From assembly GCA_036564245.1 (NCBI GenBank), contig DATCKU010000056.1, forward strand, positions 21,392 through 53,391: 32,000 nt of DNA, read 5' to 3'. A model generated the notes under the pieces. It was given only the letters and a program-made list of their open reading frames with translations. It ran no database searches and was not told the DNA's origin. Position numbers and translations under genes: made by a program. Source of the stretch: Actinopolymorphaceae bacterium. Lineage in GTDB: Bacteria > Actinomycetota > Actinomycetes > Propionibacteriales > Actinopolymorphaceae. This document shows, in pieces, positions 8,424 through 17,887 of this stretch. Each line of letters begins with the position of its first letter. Positions within the stretch are counted from its first letter, which is position 1.

Positions 8424-9398
8424 ATGGGCGCATCTTCGCCGCGACCCGCAGACCGCGGTGGTGGCGGCTACCGGCGACCGCTCGCCGGAGGCTGGGATGG
8501 TTCTGCCCTGCGCCGCGCCCTCCCTGGCGCCCATGCGGGCGGTGACGTCGGGCGCGCACCCATGGTCGACGATCCACTGAACAAGGCTCGCGGGGAGAAC
8601 TTCCCGGTCGCCCTCCGGTTGTTGCCGGAGCGAACCCGACGCGACCTCCAAGCCATCTACCGGTTCGCCCGCCACGTCGACGACATCGGCGACGACACCA
8701 CGAGGTCGGTGCCCGAGAAGCTGCGTACGCTCGACGCGCTGGCCGCTGACGTCCGCGGGCTCTACGACGGGTCGCGGACGCCGGCCGACCCGATCGTCGC
8801 GGCGCTGGCGTCCCCGATCGCTCGCCGTCGCATGCCGGCCCACGCGTTCCTCCGGCTCATCGAGGCCAACCGGCGTGACCAGCACGTCGTGCGCTACCAG
8901 ACGTTCGACGACCTGCTCGACTACTGCCGGCTGTCCGCCAACCCGGTCGGCGAGCTCGTCCTGTGCGTCTTCGGCCGCGCCACGCCGGAGCGCATCGAGC
9001 TCTCCGACCGGATCTGCACAGCGCTGCAGCTCATCGAGCACTGGCAGGACATCGGCGAAGACTACCGCCGCGGCCGCGTGTACCTGCCGCAGGAAGACAT
9101 GGCGAGCTTCGGCGTCGCCGAGTCCGACCTTGCCAGACAGGAGGCGAGCCCCGCGCTCCGCGCGCTGATCGCATTCGAGACCGAGCGGGCCGAAGCGTTC
9201 CTGCACGCTGGCACACCCTTGCTCTCCGGACTCTCAGGCTGGGCGCGGATCGCGGTCTCGGGCTATCTCGCCGGCGGGCGGGCAGCCTGCCGAGCACTGC
9301 GGCGGAGCGAGTACGACCCGCTGCGACGCGTACCCAAACCGACGTCCCCCCAGATCGCGGCCGCATGGTTGAGCGGTGCACTCAAGGGATGGGCATGA
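8424..9398 (+). CDS. hpnC: Hydroxysqualene synthase HpnC (squalene/phytoene synthase family)
   Basis: ENFPVALRLLP...IYRFARHVDDIGDD motif set. ATG 8424 has a GGGGAGG SD 6 nt upstream; alternative start at 8562. The stop overlaps the hpnD start (ATGA). Confidence 0.85.
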   Translation: MGASSPRPADRGGGGYRRPLAGGWDGSALRRALPGAHAGGDVGRAPMVDDPLNKARGENFPVALRLLPERTRRDLQAIYRFARHVDDIGDDTTRSVPEKLRTLDALAADVRGLYDGSRTPADPIVAALASPIARRRMPAHAFLRLIEANRRDQHVVRYQTFDDLLDYCRLSANPVGELVLCVFGRATPERIELSDRICTALQLIEHWQDIGEDYRRGRVYLPQEDMASFGVAESDLARQEASPALRALIAFETERAEAFLHAGTPLLSGLSGWARIAVSGYLAGGRAACRALRRSEYDPLRRVPKPTSPQIAAAWLSGALKGWA

Positions 9399-10426
9399 GC
9401 GACGAGACCAGGATGACTGCGAAAGCCACCACGTGGGGTAGCCACCGTGGCATCAGCCCGAGCGTGGTCGACCGAGCCTACAAGGAGTGCGAGGCGATCA
9501 CGCGACGTGAGGCACGGAACTTCTCGTACGGCATCAGGCTGCTGCCCACCCCGAAGCGCCGCGCGCTCTCCGCCATCTACGCGATGGCGCGCCGCATCGA
9601 CGACATCGGTGACGGTGAGCTCGACGAGGACGAGAAGCTACGCCGACTCGCCGCCGTGCGGGAGCAGATCCGCGCCATCGAGAAGGACACCGACCACACC
9701 GATCCGGTGCTCGTGGCTCTGGCCCATGCAGCGCGGACGTTCCCCATCCCGCTGGCAGCGTTCGAGGAGCTCATCGACGGCTGCGAGATGGACGTACGCG
9801 GTCGGACGTACGACACGTTCGCCGAGCTCGTGGAGTACGCCCGCTGCGTCGCCGGCTCGATCGGCCGGCTGTCGCTGGGAGTGTTCGTGGGCCCGGGGGC
9901 CGGGACCCGGAGGAGCACGAGCGGTGGTTCGGGAGTCGTCGGCGGGATCGACACCGGCAGCGGTCCGAACGGTCCGGCAGAGGACGGGATGCCCGCCGAC
10001 CCCAGCGGCGAGCCCGAGCAGCTCGCCGACACACTCGGCATCGCGTTGCAGCTCACCAACATCCTGCGCGACTTACGCGAGGATCGCCGACGCGGCCGGA
10101 TCTACCTGCCACGTGAGGACCTGAAGCGGTTCGACTGCTCGCTGGACTTGAACGGCGACGGTGACCTGGCGTTCGATCCGGGGTTCGCTGCGCTGGTGCG
10201 CTTCGAGGCCGATCGGGCACACCAGTGGTACGACGCCGGACTTCGCCTGCTGCCGCTGCTCGACCGGCGCAGTCGGGCGTGCACGGCGGCGATGGCGGGG
10301 ATCTACCGCCGCCTGCTCGAGCAGATCTGGGTCGACCCACACCGGTGTCGGCGGACCCGGATCTCGCTGTCCGGCCGGCAGAAGGTGGCTGTCGCGATGC
10401 GTGCGATCGTCTGGGGCAAGGCATGA
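9395..10426 (+). CDS. hpnD: Presqualene diphosphate synthase HpnD (squalene/phytoene synthase family)
   Basis: ARNFSYGIRLLPTPKRRALSAIYAMARRIDDIGDG and LQLTNILRDLREDRRRGRIYLP motifs. ATGA overlap with hpnC; alternative ATG at 9389. Confidence 0.85.
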   Translation: MSDETRMTAKATTWGSHRGISPSVVDRAYKECEAITRREARNFSYGIRLLPTPKRRALSAIYAMARRIDDIGDGELDEDEKLRRLAAVREQIRAIEKDTDHTDPVLVALAHAARTFPIPLAAFEELIDGCEMDVRGRTYDTFAELVEYARCVAGSIGRLSLGVFVGPGAGTRRSTSGGSGVVGGIDTGSGPNGPAEDGMPADPSGEPEQLADTLGIALQLTNILRDLREDRRRGRIYLPREDLKRFDCSLDLNGDGDLAFDPGFAALVRFEADRAHQWYDAGLRLLPLLDRRSRACTAAMAGIYRRLLEQIWVDPHRCRRTRISLSGRQKVAVAMRAIVWGKA

Positions 10427-11883
10427 AGGATCTGGCGGGGATCGATGTCGTGGTGGTCGGCGGCGGCCTGGCGGGAATCTCGGCCGCATGCGCCCTCGCC
10501 GACCGTGGTGCGCGGGTCCGCTTGCTGGAGGCGCGGCCGCAGCTCGGCGGCGCGACGTACTCCTTCATCCGTGGCGAGCTCACGGTCGACACCGGCCAGC
10601 ACGTCTTCCTGCGGTGTTACAGCGCCTACCGCGGCCTGCTCGAACGGTTGGGCGTCACCGACCTCGCCCCGTTGCAGGCCCGCTTCGCCATTCCCGTGCT
10701 GGTCCCGCGGGCGGGATCAGGTCACGAGGTGACGTGGCTGCGGCGTGGGCCGGGCCCGGCACCCCTGCACCTCGCCGGTTCGCTCGCCCGCTACCACCCG
10801 TTGCGGCCTGTCGACCGGCTCCGGCTCGCCCCCGCCGCGGTCGCGCTTCGCAGCGTCCGCTTGGACGACCCGACGGTCGACGAGACGAGCTTCGGTGACT
10901 GGCTCCGCCGTCACGGTCAGAGCACGGCAGCCATCGAACGCCTCTGGGCCCTCATCACGGTCGCCGCCTTGAACCTGCATCCGGACGAGGCGTCGCTCGC
11001 CCTTGCCGCGCGGGTGTTCCAGACCGCACTCCTCACCGACCCCACCGCGGCGGACATCGGAGTCCCGGCGGTGTCGCTCCGGGAGCTGCACGCCGAGCCG
11101 GCCATGCGCCACCTGCGCCAGTTGGGCGTCGACGTGCGCGTCAAGAGCAAGGTGACAGCTGTTACGCAGGAACCAGACGATGCGGCGTCGGATCGCAACC
11201 CCGGCTTCGTCGTCCGCCTGAGCGACGGCGAGCTGCGAGCCGACGCCGTGGTGGTGGCGGTTCCACACCGCGCTGCGGCCTCACTCGTCCCCGCCACTGC
11301 AGCGCCAGATCGCGACGCCTGGAAAGGACTGGGCTCGTCGCCCATTGTCAACGTCCACCTGCGCTACGACCGCACCGTGATGCCGAACGAGCTGCCGTTC
11401 GTCGCGTGCGTGGACTCCCCCGCGCAGTGGATCTTCAACCGCAGCGCTTCGGCCGGACGGCACGACGGGGGTGCCGGGCAGTATCTTGTTGTCTCGGTTT
11501 CGGCAGCCCATGACGAGGTCGCGACTCCTGCCGAAGAGTTGCGGACGACAATCATGACGGCCGTGTCCCAGATCTTCCCAGACGCGCACGCTGCGCGCGT
11601 GCTCGATGCATTCGTCACCCGAGAACCCCACGCCACGTTTCGCCAGGCACCTGGTACCGCACGCCTGCGTCCATCAGCACGCACGGCGCTGCCGGGGCTG
11701 GTGCTCGCCGGCGCGTGGACCAACACCGGCTGGCCCGACACCATGGAGGGCGCGGTCCGCAGTGGGCTCGCCGCCGCCGCCGCGATCACGCACCCACCAA
11801 GCGGCAACTGCTCGGTCGCCGGCCATCAACCGCTCGCGAGGTCGGTCATGACGACAGCAGGCCGGAAGGCGGTGGGCCGATGA
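10423..11883 (+). CDS. hpnE: Hydroxysqualene dehydroxylase HpnE (FAD-dependent amine-oxidase/desaturase family)
   Basis: N-terminal dinucleotide fold DVVVVGGGLAGISAACALADRGARVRLLEARPQLGG. Position between hpnD and shc. ATGA overlaps on both sides. Confidence 0.85.
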   Translation: MKDLAGIDVVVVGGGLAGISAACALADRGARVRLLEARPQLGGATYSFIRGELTVDTGQHVFLRCYSAYRGLLERLGVTDLAPLQARFAIPVLVPRAGSGHEVTWLRRGPGPAPLHLAGSLARYHPLRPVDRLRLAPAAVALRSVRLDDPTVDETSFGDWLRRHGQSTAAIERLWALITVAALNLHPDEASLALAARVFQTALLTDPTAADIGVPAVSLRELHAEPAMRHLRQLGVDVRVKSKVTAVTQEPDDAASDRNPGFVVRLSDGELRADAVVVAVPHRAAASLVPATAAPDRDAWKGLGSSPIVNVHLRYDRTVMPNELPFVACVDSPAQWIFNRSASAGRHDGGAGQYLVVSVSAAHDEVATPAEELRTTIMTAVSQIFPDAHAARVLDAFVTREPHATFRQAPGTARLRPSARTALPGLVLAGAWTNTGWPDTMEGAVRSGLAAAAAITHPPSGNCSVAGHQPLARSVMTTAGRKAVGR

Positions 11884-12902
11884 CCGCCGCCACGTCTCCC
11901 CTTCGAATCGACACGTTGCGCCTCGTCGATCCGGCGCTTCGCGACGCGATCGACCGGCTGGACGGGCCCACCCGTTTCGCCTGCGGATACCACCTCGGCT
12001 TCTGGGATGCCTCCGGGCGCCCGAACAACTCACGAGGTCATCGAGGCAAGGCCATCCGCGCCACACTCGCCCTGCTCTCGGCCGCAGCCGCCGGCGCGCC
12101 ACCGGCCGCGGGCATTCCTGCCGCGGTCGCCTGCGAGCTCGTGCACAACTTCTCGTTGCTGCACGACGACGTCATCGACCGCGACACCGAACGCCGACAT
12201 CGGCCGACGGTCTGGGCGCGGTTCGGGCTGCCCGATGCGATCCTGTCCGGCGACGCGCTCCTCGCCCTTGCGTACGAAGTGCTCGCCGAGGCGCCCTCAC
12301 CGCACGTCGCAGCTGCGGTCCGCAAGATCAGCACGACCGTGCGCCGACTCATCGCAGGCCAAGCAGCCGACGTCTCCTTCGAGAAGCGCGACGACGTGAC
12401 GCTCACCGAATGCCTCACGATGGCCTCGAACAAGACCGGCGCCCTGCTCGCGTGCTCCGCCTCGATCGGCGCGCTGCTCGCCGGCGCGCCCGCGTCGGTC
12501 TGCAGCGGCCTGTCGGAGTACGGTGACCACCTGGGTATGGCGTTCCAGCTCACCGACGACCTGCTCGGGATCTGGGGCGACCCGGCACGCACCGGCAAGC
12601 CCGTCCTGTCAGATCTGCGGGCCCGCAAGAAGTCCCTGCCGGTCGTGGTGGCGCTCAACTCGACGCACGAGGCAGGCAAGAAGCTGCGCGAGCTCTACGC
12701 CAAGCCGGGTCCGCTGGACGAGGACGAGCTCGCCTTGGCCGCCCGTCTCGTCGAGGAGGCCGGTGGCCGGACCTGGACGGAGGCGGAGGCCGACCGACAT
12801 CTCGCCGACAGTCTGGAGGTGTTGCGGACTCTAAAGCTGCATCCGGAAGTGCACAGCGAGCTTGTCGCCGTTGCCCATCAGCTGAGGGGGCGTGACCACT
12901 GA
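11880..12902 (+). CDS. Polyprenyl (farnesyl/geranylgeranyl) diphosphate synthase
   Basis: First Asp-rich motif LLHDDVIDRD and second motif FQLTDDLLGIWGD. ATGA overlap with hpnE, TGATG overlap with shc. Confidence 0.9.
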   Translation: MTAATSPLRIDTLRLVDPALRDAIDRLDGPTRFACGYHLGFWDASGRPNNSRGHRGKAIRATLALLSAAAAGAPPAAGIPAAVACELVHNFSLLHDDVIDRDTERRHRPTVWARFGLPDAILSGDALLALAYEVLAEAPSPHVAAAVRKISTTVRRLIAGQAADVSFEKRDDVTLTECLTMASNKTGALLACSASIGALLAGAPASVCSGLSEYGDHLGMAFQLTDDLLGIWGDPARTGKPVLSDLRARKKSLPVVVALNSTHEAGKKLRELYAKPGPLDEDELALAARLVEEAGGRTWTEAEADRHLADSLEVLRTLKLHPEVHSELVAVAHQLRGRDH

Positions 12903-14836
12903 TGACGAGAAGCACGGTCACCCAGCGTGCGAACGTCGCGCTCGACCGCGCCGTCGAGCACCTGCTGAGCCTGCAAGACGCGGCAGGGTGGTGGAAGGGC
13001 GAGCTGGAGACCAACGTCACCATGGACGCCGAAGACCTGTTGATGCGACAGTTCCTCGGCGTCCGTACGAAAGAGCAGACCGAGGAGTCGGCCCGCTGGA
13101 TCCGAAGCCAGCAGCGCGCCGACGGGTCCTGGGCGAACTTCTACGGCGGCCCGGGCGACCTCTCGACCACCGTCGAGGCCTACGTCGCACTGAAGCTTGC
13201 TGGAGACGACCCCGACGCGCCTCACATGGCGTTGGCGCGGGAGTTCATCCGGCTCAGTGGCGGCTTGGAGCGGTCTCGCGTCTTCACCCGCATCTGGCTC
13301 GCCCTCTTCGGGGAATGGAGCTGGGACGACGTCCCCGCACTGCCGCCGGAGCTCATCTTCCTGCCGAACTGGATGCCGTTCAACGTCTACGACTGGGCGT
13401 GCTGGGCGCGGCAGACAATCGTCCCCCTCACCATCCTCGGAGCGCTGCGACCCCAGCGCGAGCTCGGTGTGTCGACTGCAGAGCTGCGCACCGGTGCTCG
13501 TCAACCGGGCCCCGGCAACCCCTTCACGAGCTGGAAGAACGCGTTCGGCTGGATGGACCGGATCCTGCACAAGTACGAACGCCGACCGATCGGTCCGCTG
13601 CGCCGCGAGGCGCTGCGGCGGGCCGCCGAGTGGATCATCGCGCGACAGGAAAAGGACGGTTGCTGGGGAGGGATCCAGCCACCCTGGGTGTACTCGCTCA
13701 TGGCCTTGCACGCCCTCGGCTACCCGGTGGACCACCCGGTGCTCGCCTCCGGTCTCGCCGGCTGGGAACGGTTCACGATCCGCGAGGACGGACCTGACGG
13801 TCCGGTGCGCCGGATCGAGGCCTGCCAGTCACCGGTGTGGGACACGGCGCTCTCGCTGGTGGCACTGGGCGACGCCGGCCTGTCAGGTGACGAGCCGGCG
13901 ATGGTCAAGGCCCGTGACTGGCTCTTGGGCGAGGAGGTCCGGGTACGCGGTGACTATGCCGTCCGTCGACCGAACGCACCGGCTGGCGGATGGGCGTTCG
14001 AGTTCGACAACGACCTCTACCCCGACACCGACGACACGGCGGAGGTGGTGCTGGGGCTACGCAAGGCCGCCCCGAGCCCGGAGGTCGACGCCGCGGTGCG
14101 TCGGGCCATCGCGTGGTTGCGCGCCATGCAGTCGAAGAACGGCGCATGGGGTGCCTTCGACGCGGACAACACGCGTGAGCTCGCCTACGAGCTTCCGTTC
14201 TGCGATTTCGGCGCGGTCATCGACCCGCCGAGCGCTGACGTGACCGCGCACATCGTCGAGATGTTCGCCCACGAAGGCCTGGCCGACGATCCGGCCGTGC
14301 GGCGCGCGGTCCAGTGGCTGCTGAAGGAACAGGAGCCCGACGGGTCGTGGTTCGGTCGCTGGGGTGCCAACTACATCTATGGAACCGGTGCCGTCGTGCC
14401 GGCGCTGGTGGCGGCTGGCGTGTCGCCCCAGCATCGGGCCATCGTGCGCGCGGTTCAATGGCTCGAGGAGCACCAGAACGCCGACGGCGGCTGGGGCGAG
14501 GACATGCGGTCGTACGTCGATCCGGCCTACCGAGGTGTCGGCACGTCGACCGCGTCCCAGACGGCCTGGGCTCTGCTGGCCCTCCACGCGGCGGGCGAGG
14601 GAACGTCGGAGGCCGCGATGCGCGGGATGTGCTGGCTCGTGGACTCGCAGCGTGAGGACGGTACGTGGGACGAGCCGCAGTTCACCGGTACCGGATTCCC
14701 CGGTGACTTCTACATCAACTACCACCTCTATCGCTTGGTGTTCCCGATCACCGCGCTCGGCCGGTTGCTTGGTCGTAGCACCGGCGAGGGCAAAGCGAGA
14801 CACTCGGTACGGAGCTTGGACGGCCGGCAAGCATGA
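12902..14836 (+). CDS. shc: Squalene-hopene cyclase
   Basis: 644 aa. Catalytic DxDDTA (PDTDDTAEVV) and multiple QW repeats (e.g. QQRADGSWANFYG, QSKNGAWGAF, EQEPDGSWFGRWG, HQNADGGWGE, QREDGTWDE). Confidence 0.97.
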   Translation: MTRSTVTQRANVALDRAVEHLLSLQDAAGWWKGELETNVTMDAEDLLMRQFLGVRTKEQTEESARWIRSQQRADGSWANFYGGPGDLSTTVEAYVALKLAGDDPDAPHMALAREFIRLSGGLERSRVFTRIWLALFGEWSWDDVPALPPELIFLPNWMPFNVYDWACWARQTIVPLTILGALRPQRELGVSTAELRTGARQPGPGNPFTSWKNAFGWMDRILHKYERRPIGPLRREALRRAAEWIIARQEKDGCWGGIQPPWVYSLMALHALGYPVDHPVLASGLAGWERFTIREDGPDGPVRRIEACQSPVWDTALSLVALGDAGLSGDEPAMVKARDWLLGEEVRVRGDYAVRRPNAPAGGWAFEFDNDLYPDTDDTAEVVLGLRKAAPSPEVDAAVRRAIAWLRAMQSKNGAWGAFDADNTRELAYELPFCDFGAVIDPPSADVTAHIVEMFAHEGLADDPAVRRAVQWLLKEQEPDGSWFGRWGANYIYGTGAVVPALVAAGVSPQHRAIVRAVQWLEEHQNADGGWGEDMRSYVDPAYRGVGTSTASQTAWALLALHAAGEGTSEAAMRGMCWLVDSQREDGTWDEPQFTGTGFPGDFYINYHLYRLVFPITALGRLLGRSTGEGKARHSVRSLDGRQA

Positions 14837-14879
14837 TCATCACGTTGGACGACAGGGAGCACGGTCGAGGTAAGGGACG

Positions 14880-16499
14880 ATGATGCCGGAGGCAGGGCGC
14901 TACGTGGTGTGTGCGCCGACCCATGCCGAGGCCAATCGGCTGCGCCGAGGCCTGCGGACAGGCGTTCTCGTGCGCACGGGTGTGGGGCCGGCTCAGGCCG
15001 AGCGCGCCCGTGACTCGGGCACGCTGCGCCAGCAAGCGGGCCTTCCCGTGAGCGGAGTCGTCGTGGCAGGCATTGCCGGCGGTCTACGGCCCGATCTGCG
15101 ACCCGGCGATGTGGTCGTCGCGACCGAGGTGAGACGGACGGACGGCACATCCGTACCGTGTCCCAGCGCAACCCTGCTGGCGTCGACGCTGCGGCGGTCC
15201 TTCGCTGACAACCAGACCAACCACACCGTCCACACGGGAGCCATCATCAGCGCGGACCGGATCGTGACCGGCCGCACGCGTACCCAGCTGGCACAGACGG
15301 GGGCACTCGCCGTCGACATGGAGTCGGCCTGGCTCCTGGCCAAGGACTCTCCGAACGGTGCTCCGCCCGAGCCTGCGGCACCAGCCGTGGCATGCGTACG
15401 CGTGATCGCGGATCCGGCGACCGGTCGCCTGTTGCGTACGGCCACGCTGAGCCACGTGCTCACGGCCATCAGCAGGCTCACCGAGCTCGGACCAGCACTG
15501 GACAGCTGGGGTGCCGCCCTGCACCCCTCGCGCAAGGTACTGTTGCCGGCGCCCCGGTCGTTCTGCGCAGGCGTCGAGCGCGCGATCGACATCGTAGAAC
15601 GCGTGCTGGATCAGCGCGGAGCGCCGGTCTTCGTTCGCAAGCAGATCGTGCACAACGCGCATGTCGTCCGTGAGCTCGAGGAACGCGGTGCCGTGTTCGT
15701 CGACGAGCTCGACGAGGTGCCCGACGGCGCGACCGTGGTGTTCTCCGCACACGGTGTCGCGCCAGACGTGCGACGGCATGCCGAGGAACGCGGTCTGGCC
15801 GTCGTGGACGCCACGTGCCCCCTCGTGGCGAAGGTGCACAGCGAGGCGCGCCGCTTCGCCGACCGCGGCGACACGGTGCTCTTCATCGGGCACGCCGGTC
15901 ACGAGGAGACCGAAGGCACGCTGGGGGAACGGCCGGAAGCAACGATGCTCGTGGAGAACATCGAGGACGCGCGCCGGGTGCAGGTGCCAGATCCGGACCG
16001 GGTCTCCTACCTCGTGCAGACCACACTGGCCGTCGACGAGGTGGCAGAGATCGTGTCGGTGTTGCAGGAACGCTTCCCGCGCCTGGCCGCGCCCGGTTCC
16101 GACGACATCTGCTACGCCACGACCAACCGGCAACGCGCGCTTCGCTCGGTGGTGGACGAGGCCGACCTGGTGCTCGTCGTCGGCTCGGCGAACTCGTCGA
16201 ACTCCAACCGGCTGGTGGAGCTGGCCGAGCGGCTCGGCACTCCGGCGTACCTCATCGACGACGCCTCCGACATCGACCTCGACTGGCTCGCAGGAATCGA
16301 CACGGTTGCGGTGACTGCCGGCGCTTCGGCCCCCACCGAGCTCGTCGACGACGTGGTCGGCGCACTCGGCGGACTCGGTCCGATCACCGTGGAAGAGCGC
16401 GAGGTCACCCGAGAAGACATCAGTTTCACGCTCCCCAAGGAGGTCCGCTCGACCTCGTCGATGCGAGAGCGTGCTGCGAGAAAGGCTCGCGCCCAATGA
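14880..16499 (+). CDS. hpnG-ispH: Fusion protein: HpnG-like nucleosidase (PNP/UDP family) N-domain + IspH/LytB HMBPP reductase C-domain
   Basis: One uninterrupted 539-aa frame. The N part (~aa 1-220) has VVAGIAGGL...GDVVVATEV...AVDMESAW, typical of the MTA/SAH-nucleosidase-like HpnG family. The C part, from ~nt 15540, has IspH hallmarks: [42 protein letters not shown] (three Fe-S Cys ligands). Confidence 0.85.
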   Translation: MMPEAGRYVVCAPTHAEANRLRRGLRTGVLVRTGVGPAQAERARDSGTLRQQAGLPVSGVVVAGIAGGLRPDLRPGDVVVATEVRRTDGTSVPCPSATLLASTLRRSFADNQTNHTVHTGAIISADRIVTGRTRTQLAQTGALAVDMESAWLLAKDSPNGAPPEPAAPAVACVRVIADPATGRLLRTATLSHVLTAISRLTELGPALDSWGAALHPSRKVLLPAPRSFCAGVERAIDIVERVLDQRGAPVFVRKQIVHNAHVVRELEERGAVFVDELDEVPDGATVVFSAHGVAPDVRRHAEERGLAVVDATCPLVAKVHSEARRFADRGDTVLFIGHAGHEETEGTLGERPEATMLVENIEDARRVQVPDPDRVSYLVQTTLAVDEVAEIVSVLQERFPRLAAPGSDDICYATTNRQRALRSVVDEADLVLVVGSANSSNSNRLVELAERLGTPAYLIDDASDIDLDWLAGIDTVAVTAGASAPTELVDDVVGALGGLGPITVEEREVTREDISFTLPKEVRSTSSMRERAARKARAQ

Positions 16500-17503
16500 G
16501 TATGCCCTTGCGACAAAGCCTGCGTATCGCGCGGTACCTCTTGGCCCAGCGCCTCAAGCGGCGGGAGAAGTTTCCGCTGCTCGTGGAGCTCGAGCCGTTG
16601 TTCGCCTGCAACCTTTCCTGCGCTGGGTGCGGGAAGATCCAGCATCCAGCGTCCGTGCTGCGCCAGCGGATGCCGGTCGAGCAGGCGGTGGCCGCCATCG
16701 AGGAGTGCGGCGCCCCGATGGTGTCGATCGCCGGCGGCGAGCCCTTGATGCATCCGGAGATCGACCGGATGGTCGATGAGCTCGTGAAGCGCAAGAAGTA
16801 CGTCTTCTTGTGCACCAACGCGGTGCTGCTCCGCAAATGGTGGGACCGGTTCTCCTTCAAGCCCTCGCGGTTCCTCGCCTTCGCCGTGCACATCGACGGT
16901 CTGCGCGAACGCCACGACGAGTCGGTGTGCCAGGAAGGTGTCTTCGACGAGGCGGTCGCTGCGGTGCGTTTCCTGCAGGAGAAGGGATTCCGCGTCACGA
17001 CGAACACGACGTTCTTCTCCCACGACAGCCCGCAGAGCGTCATCGACGTGCTGAACTTCCTCAACGATGAGCTGCGCGTCGACCAGATGATGATCTCTCC
17101 TGCGTACGCCTACGAGAAGGCACCCGACCAGGACCACTTCCTCGGCGTGACGCAGACCCGCGAGCTGTTCCGCAAGGCGTTCGCCAACGGCAACCGCAAG
17201 CGGTGGCGGCTCAACCATTCACCGCTCTTCCTCGACTTCCTGGAAGGAAAGGTCGACTTCCCCTGCACCGCGTGGGGCATCCCGTCCTACTCGATATTCG
17301 GCTGGCAGCGTCCCTGCTACCTCATGAGCGACGGATACGCCAAGACCTACAAGGAGCTGGTCGAGGAGACCGACTGGTCACGCTACGGTCGCGGTCGGGA
17401 TCCGCGTTGTGCCAACTGCATGGCCCACTGCGGTTACGAGCCGACGGCGGTCCTCGCCACGATGAGTTCTCTGCGCCAGTCCCTGCGGGCCCTCACCGGC
17501 TGA
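16496..17503 (+). CDS. hpnH: Adenosylhopane synthase HpnH (radical SAM)
   Basis: [16 protein letters not shown]... with radical-SAM CNLSCAGCG and a conserved C-terminus. ATGA overlap with the preceding gene. Confidence 0.9.
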   Translation: MSMPLRQSLRIARYLLAQRLKRREKFPLLVELEPLFACNLSCAGCGKIQHPASVLRQRMPVEQAVAAIEECGAPMVSIAGGEPLMHPEIDRMVDELVKRKKYVFLCTNAVLLRKWWDRFSFKPSRFLAFAVHIDGLRERHDESVCQEGVFDEAVAAVRFLQEKGFRVTTNTTFFSHDSPQSVIDVLNFLNDELRVDQMMISPAYAYEKAPDQDHFLGVTQTRELFRKAFANGNRKRWRLNHSPLFLDFLEGKVDFPCTAWGIPSYSIFGWQRPCYLMSDGYAKTYKELVEETDWSRYGRGRDPRCANCMAHCGYEPTAVLATMSSLRQSLRALTG

Positions 17504-17532
17504 CCCCTCACAAAATGACCACGTTAGGTGGG
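17504..17532 (+). repeat. Copy B of dispersed motif (CCCCTCACAAAATGACCACGTTAGGTGGG; core 17514..17525), starting at the base after the hpnH stop
   Basis: Exact core match. Same C-rich prefix as the copies at 4156 and 28278. Confidence 0.8.
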
Positions 17533-17607
17533 CCAGTTGCCTCTGAGAGTGGCCTACATCCTGCGGTGGGCTACTCGTTGCCGCGGAAAGTACATGCGGG
17601 TACGCCG

Positions 17608-17691
17608 TGAAAGGTCCGTGAGCTCCCGGCAGAGGTACATCGCGATCTGCCGGGCGGTCACGAGGACCCGGCTTCGGCTCGAGCCGCACTC
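17608..17691 (-). pseudogene. dnaA-derived fragment (DnaA domain IV helix-turn-helix segment), non-functional remnant
   Basis: Minus-strand frame reads [28 protein letters not shown]. From memory this is essentially the conserved actinobacterial DnaA C-terminal DNA-binding segment (...[29 protein letters not shown]...). The flanks are Arg-rich nonsense and the frame stops 17 codons later. Confidence 0.7.
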
Positions 17692-17887
17692 GTTGTGCGC
17701 CGCGGATGCGCGGGTACGCCACGGCAAACGCACGACGAACGCGCACGCCCGGCCACGGAAGCCTCGTGGCATGCCTACGGCGTCAACCGGCCGACATCGT
17801 GGGAGCCACGGTCCCCCGGCTCCACCAGGCGATGTCAGTCCGCCCCAGCTCGACGGCCACGGACCTGAGCGGCGAGGACGCCGTCCT

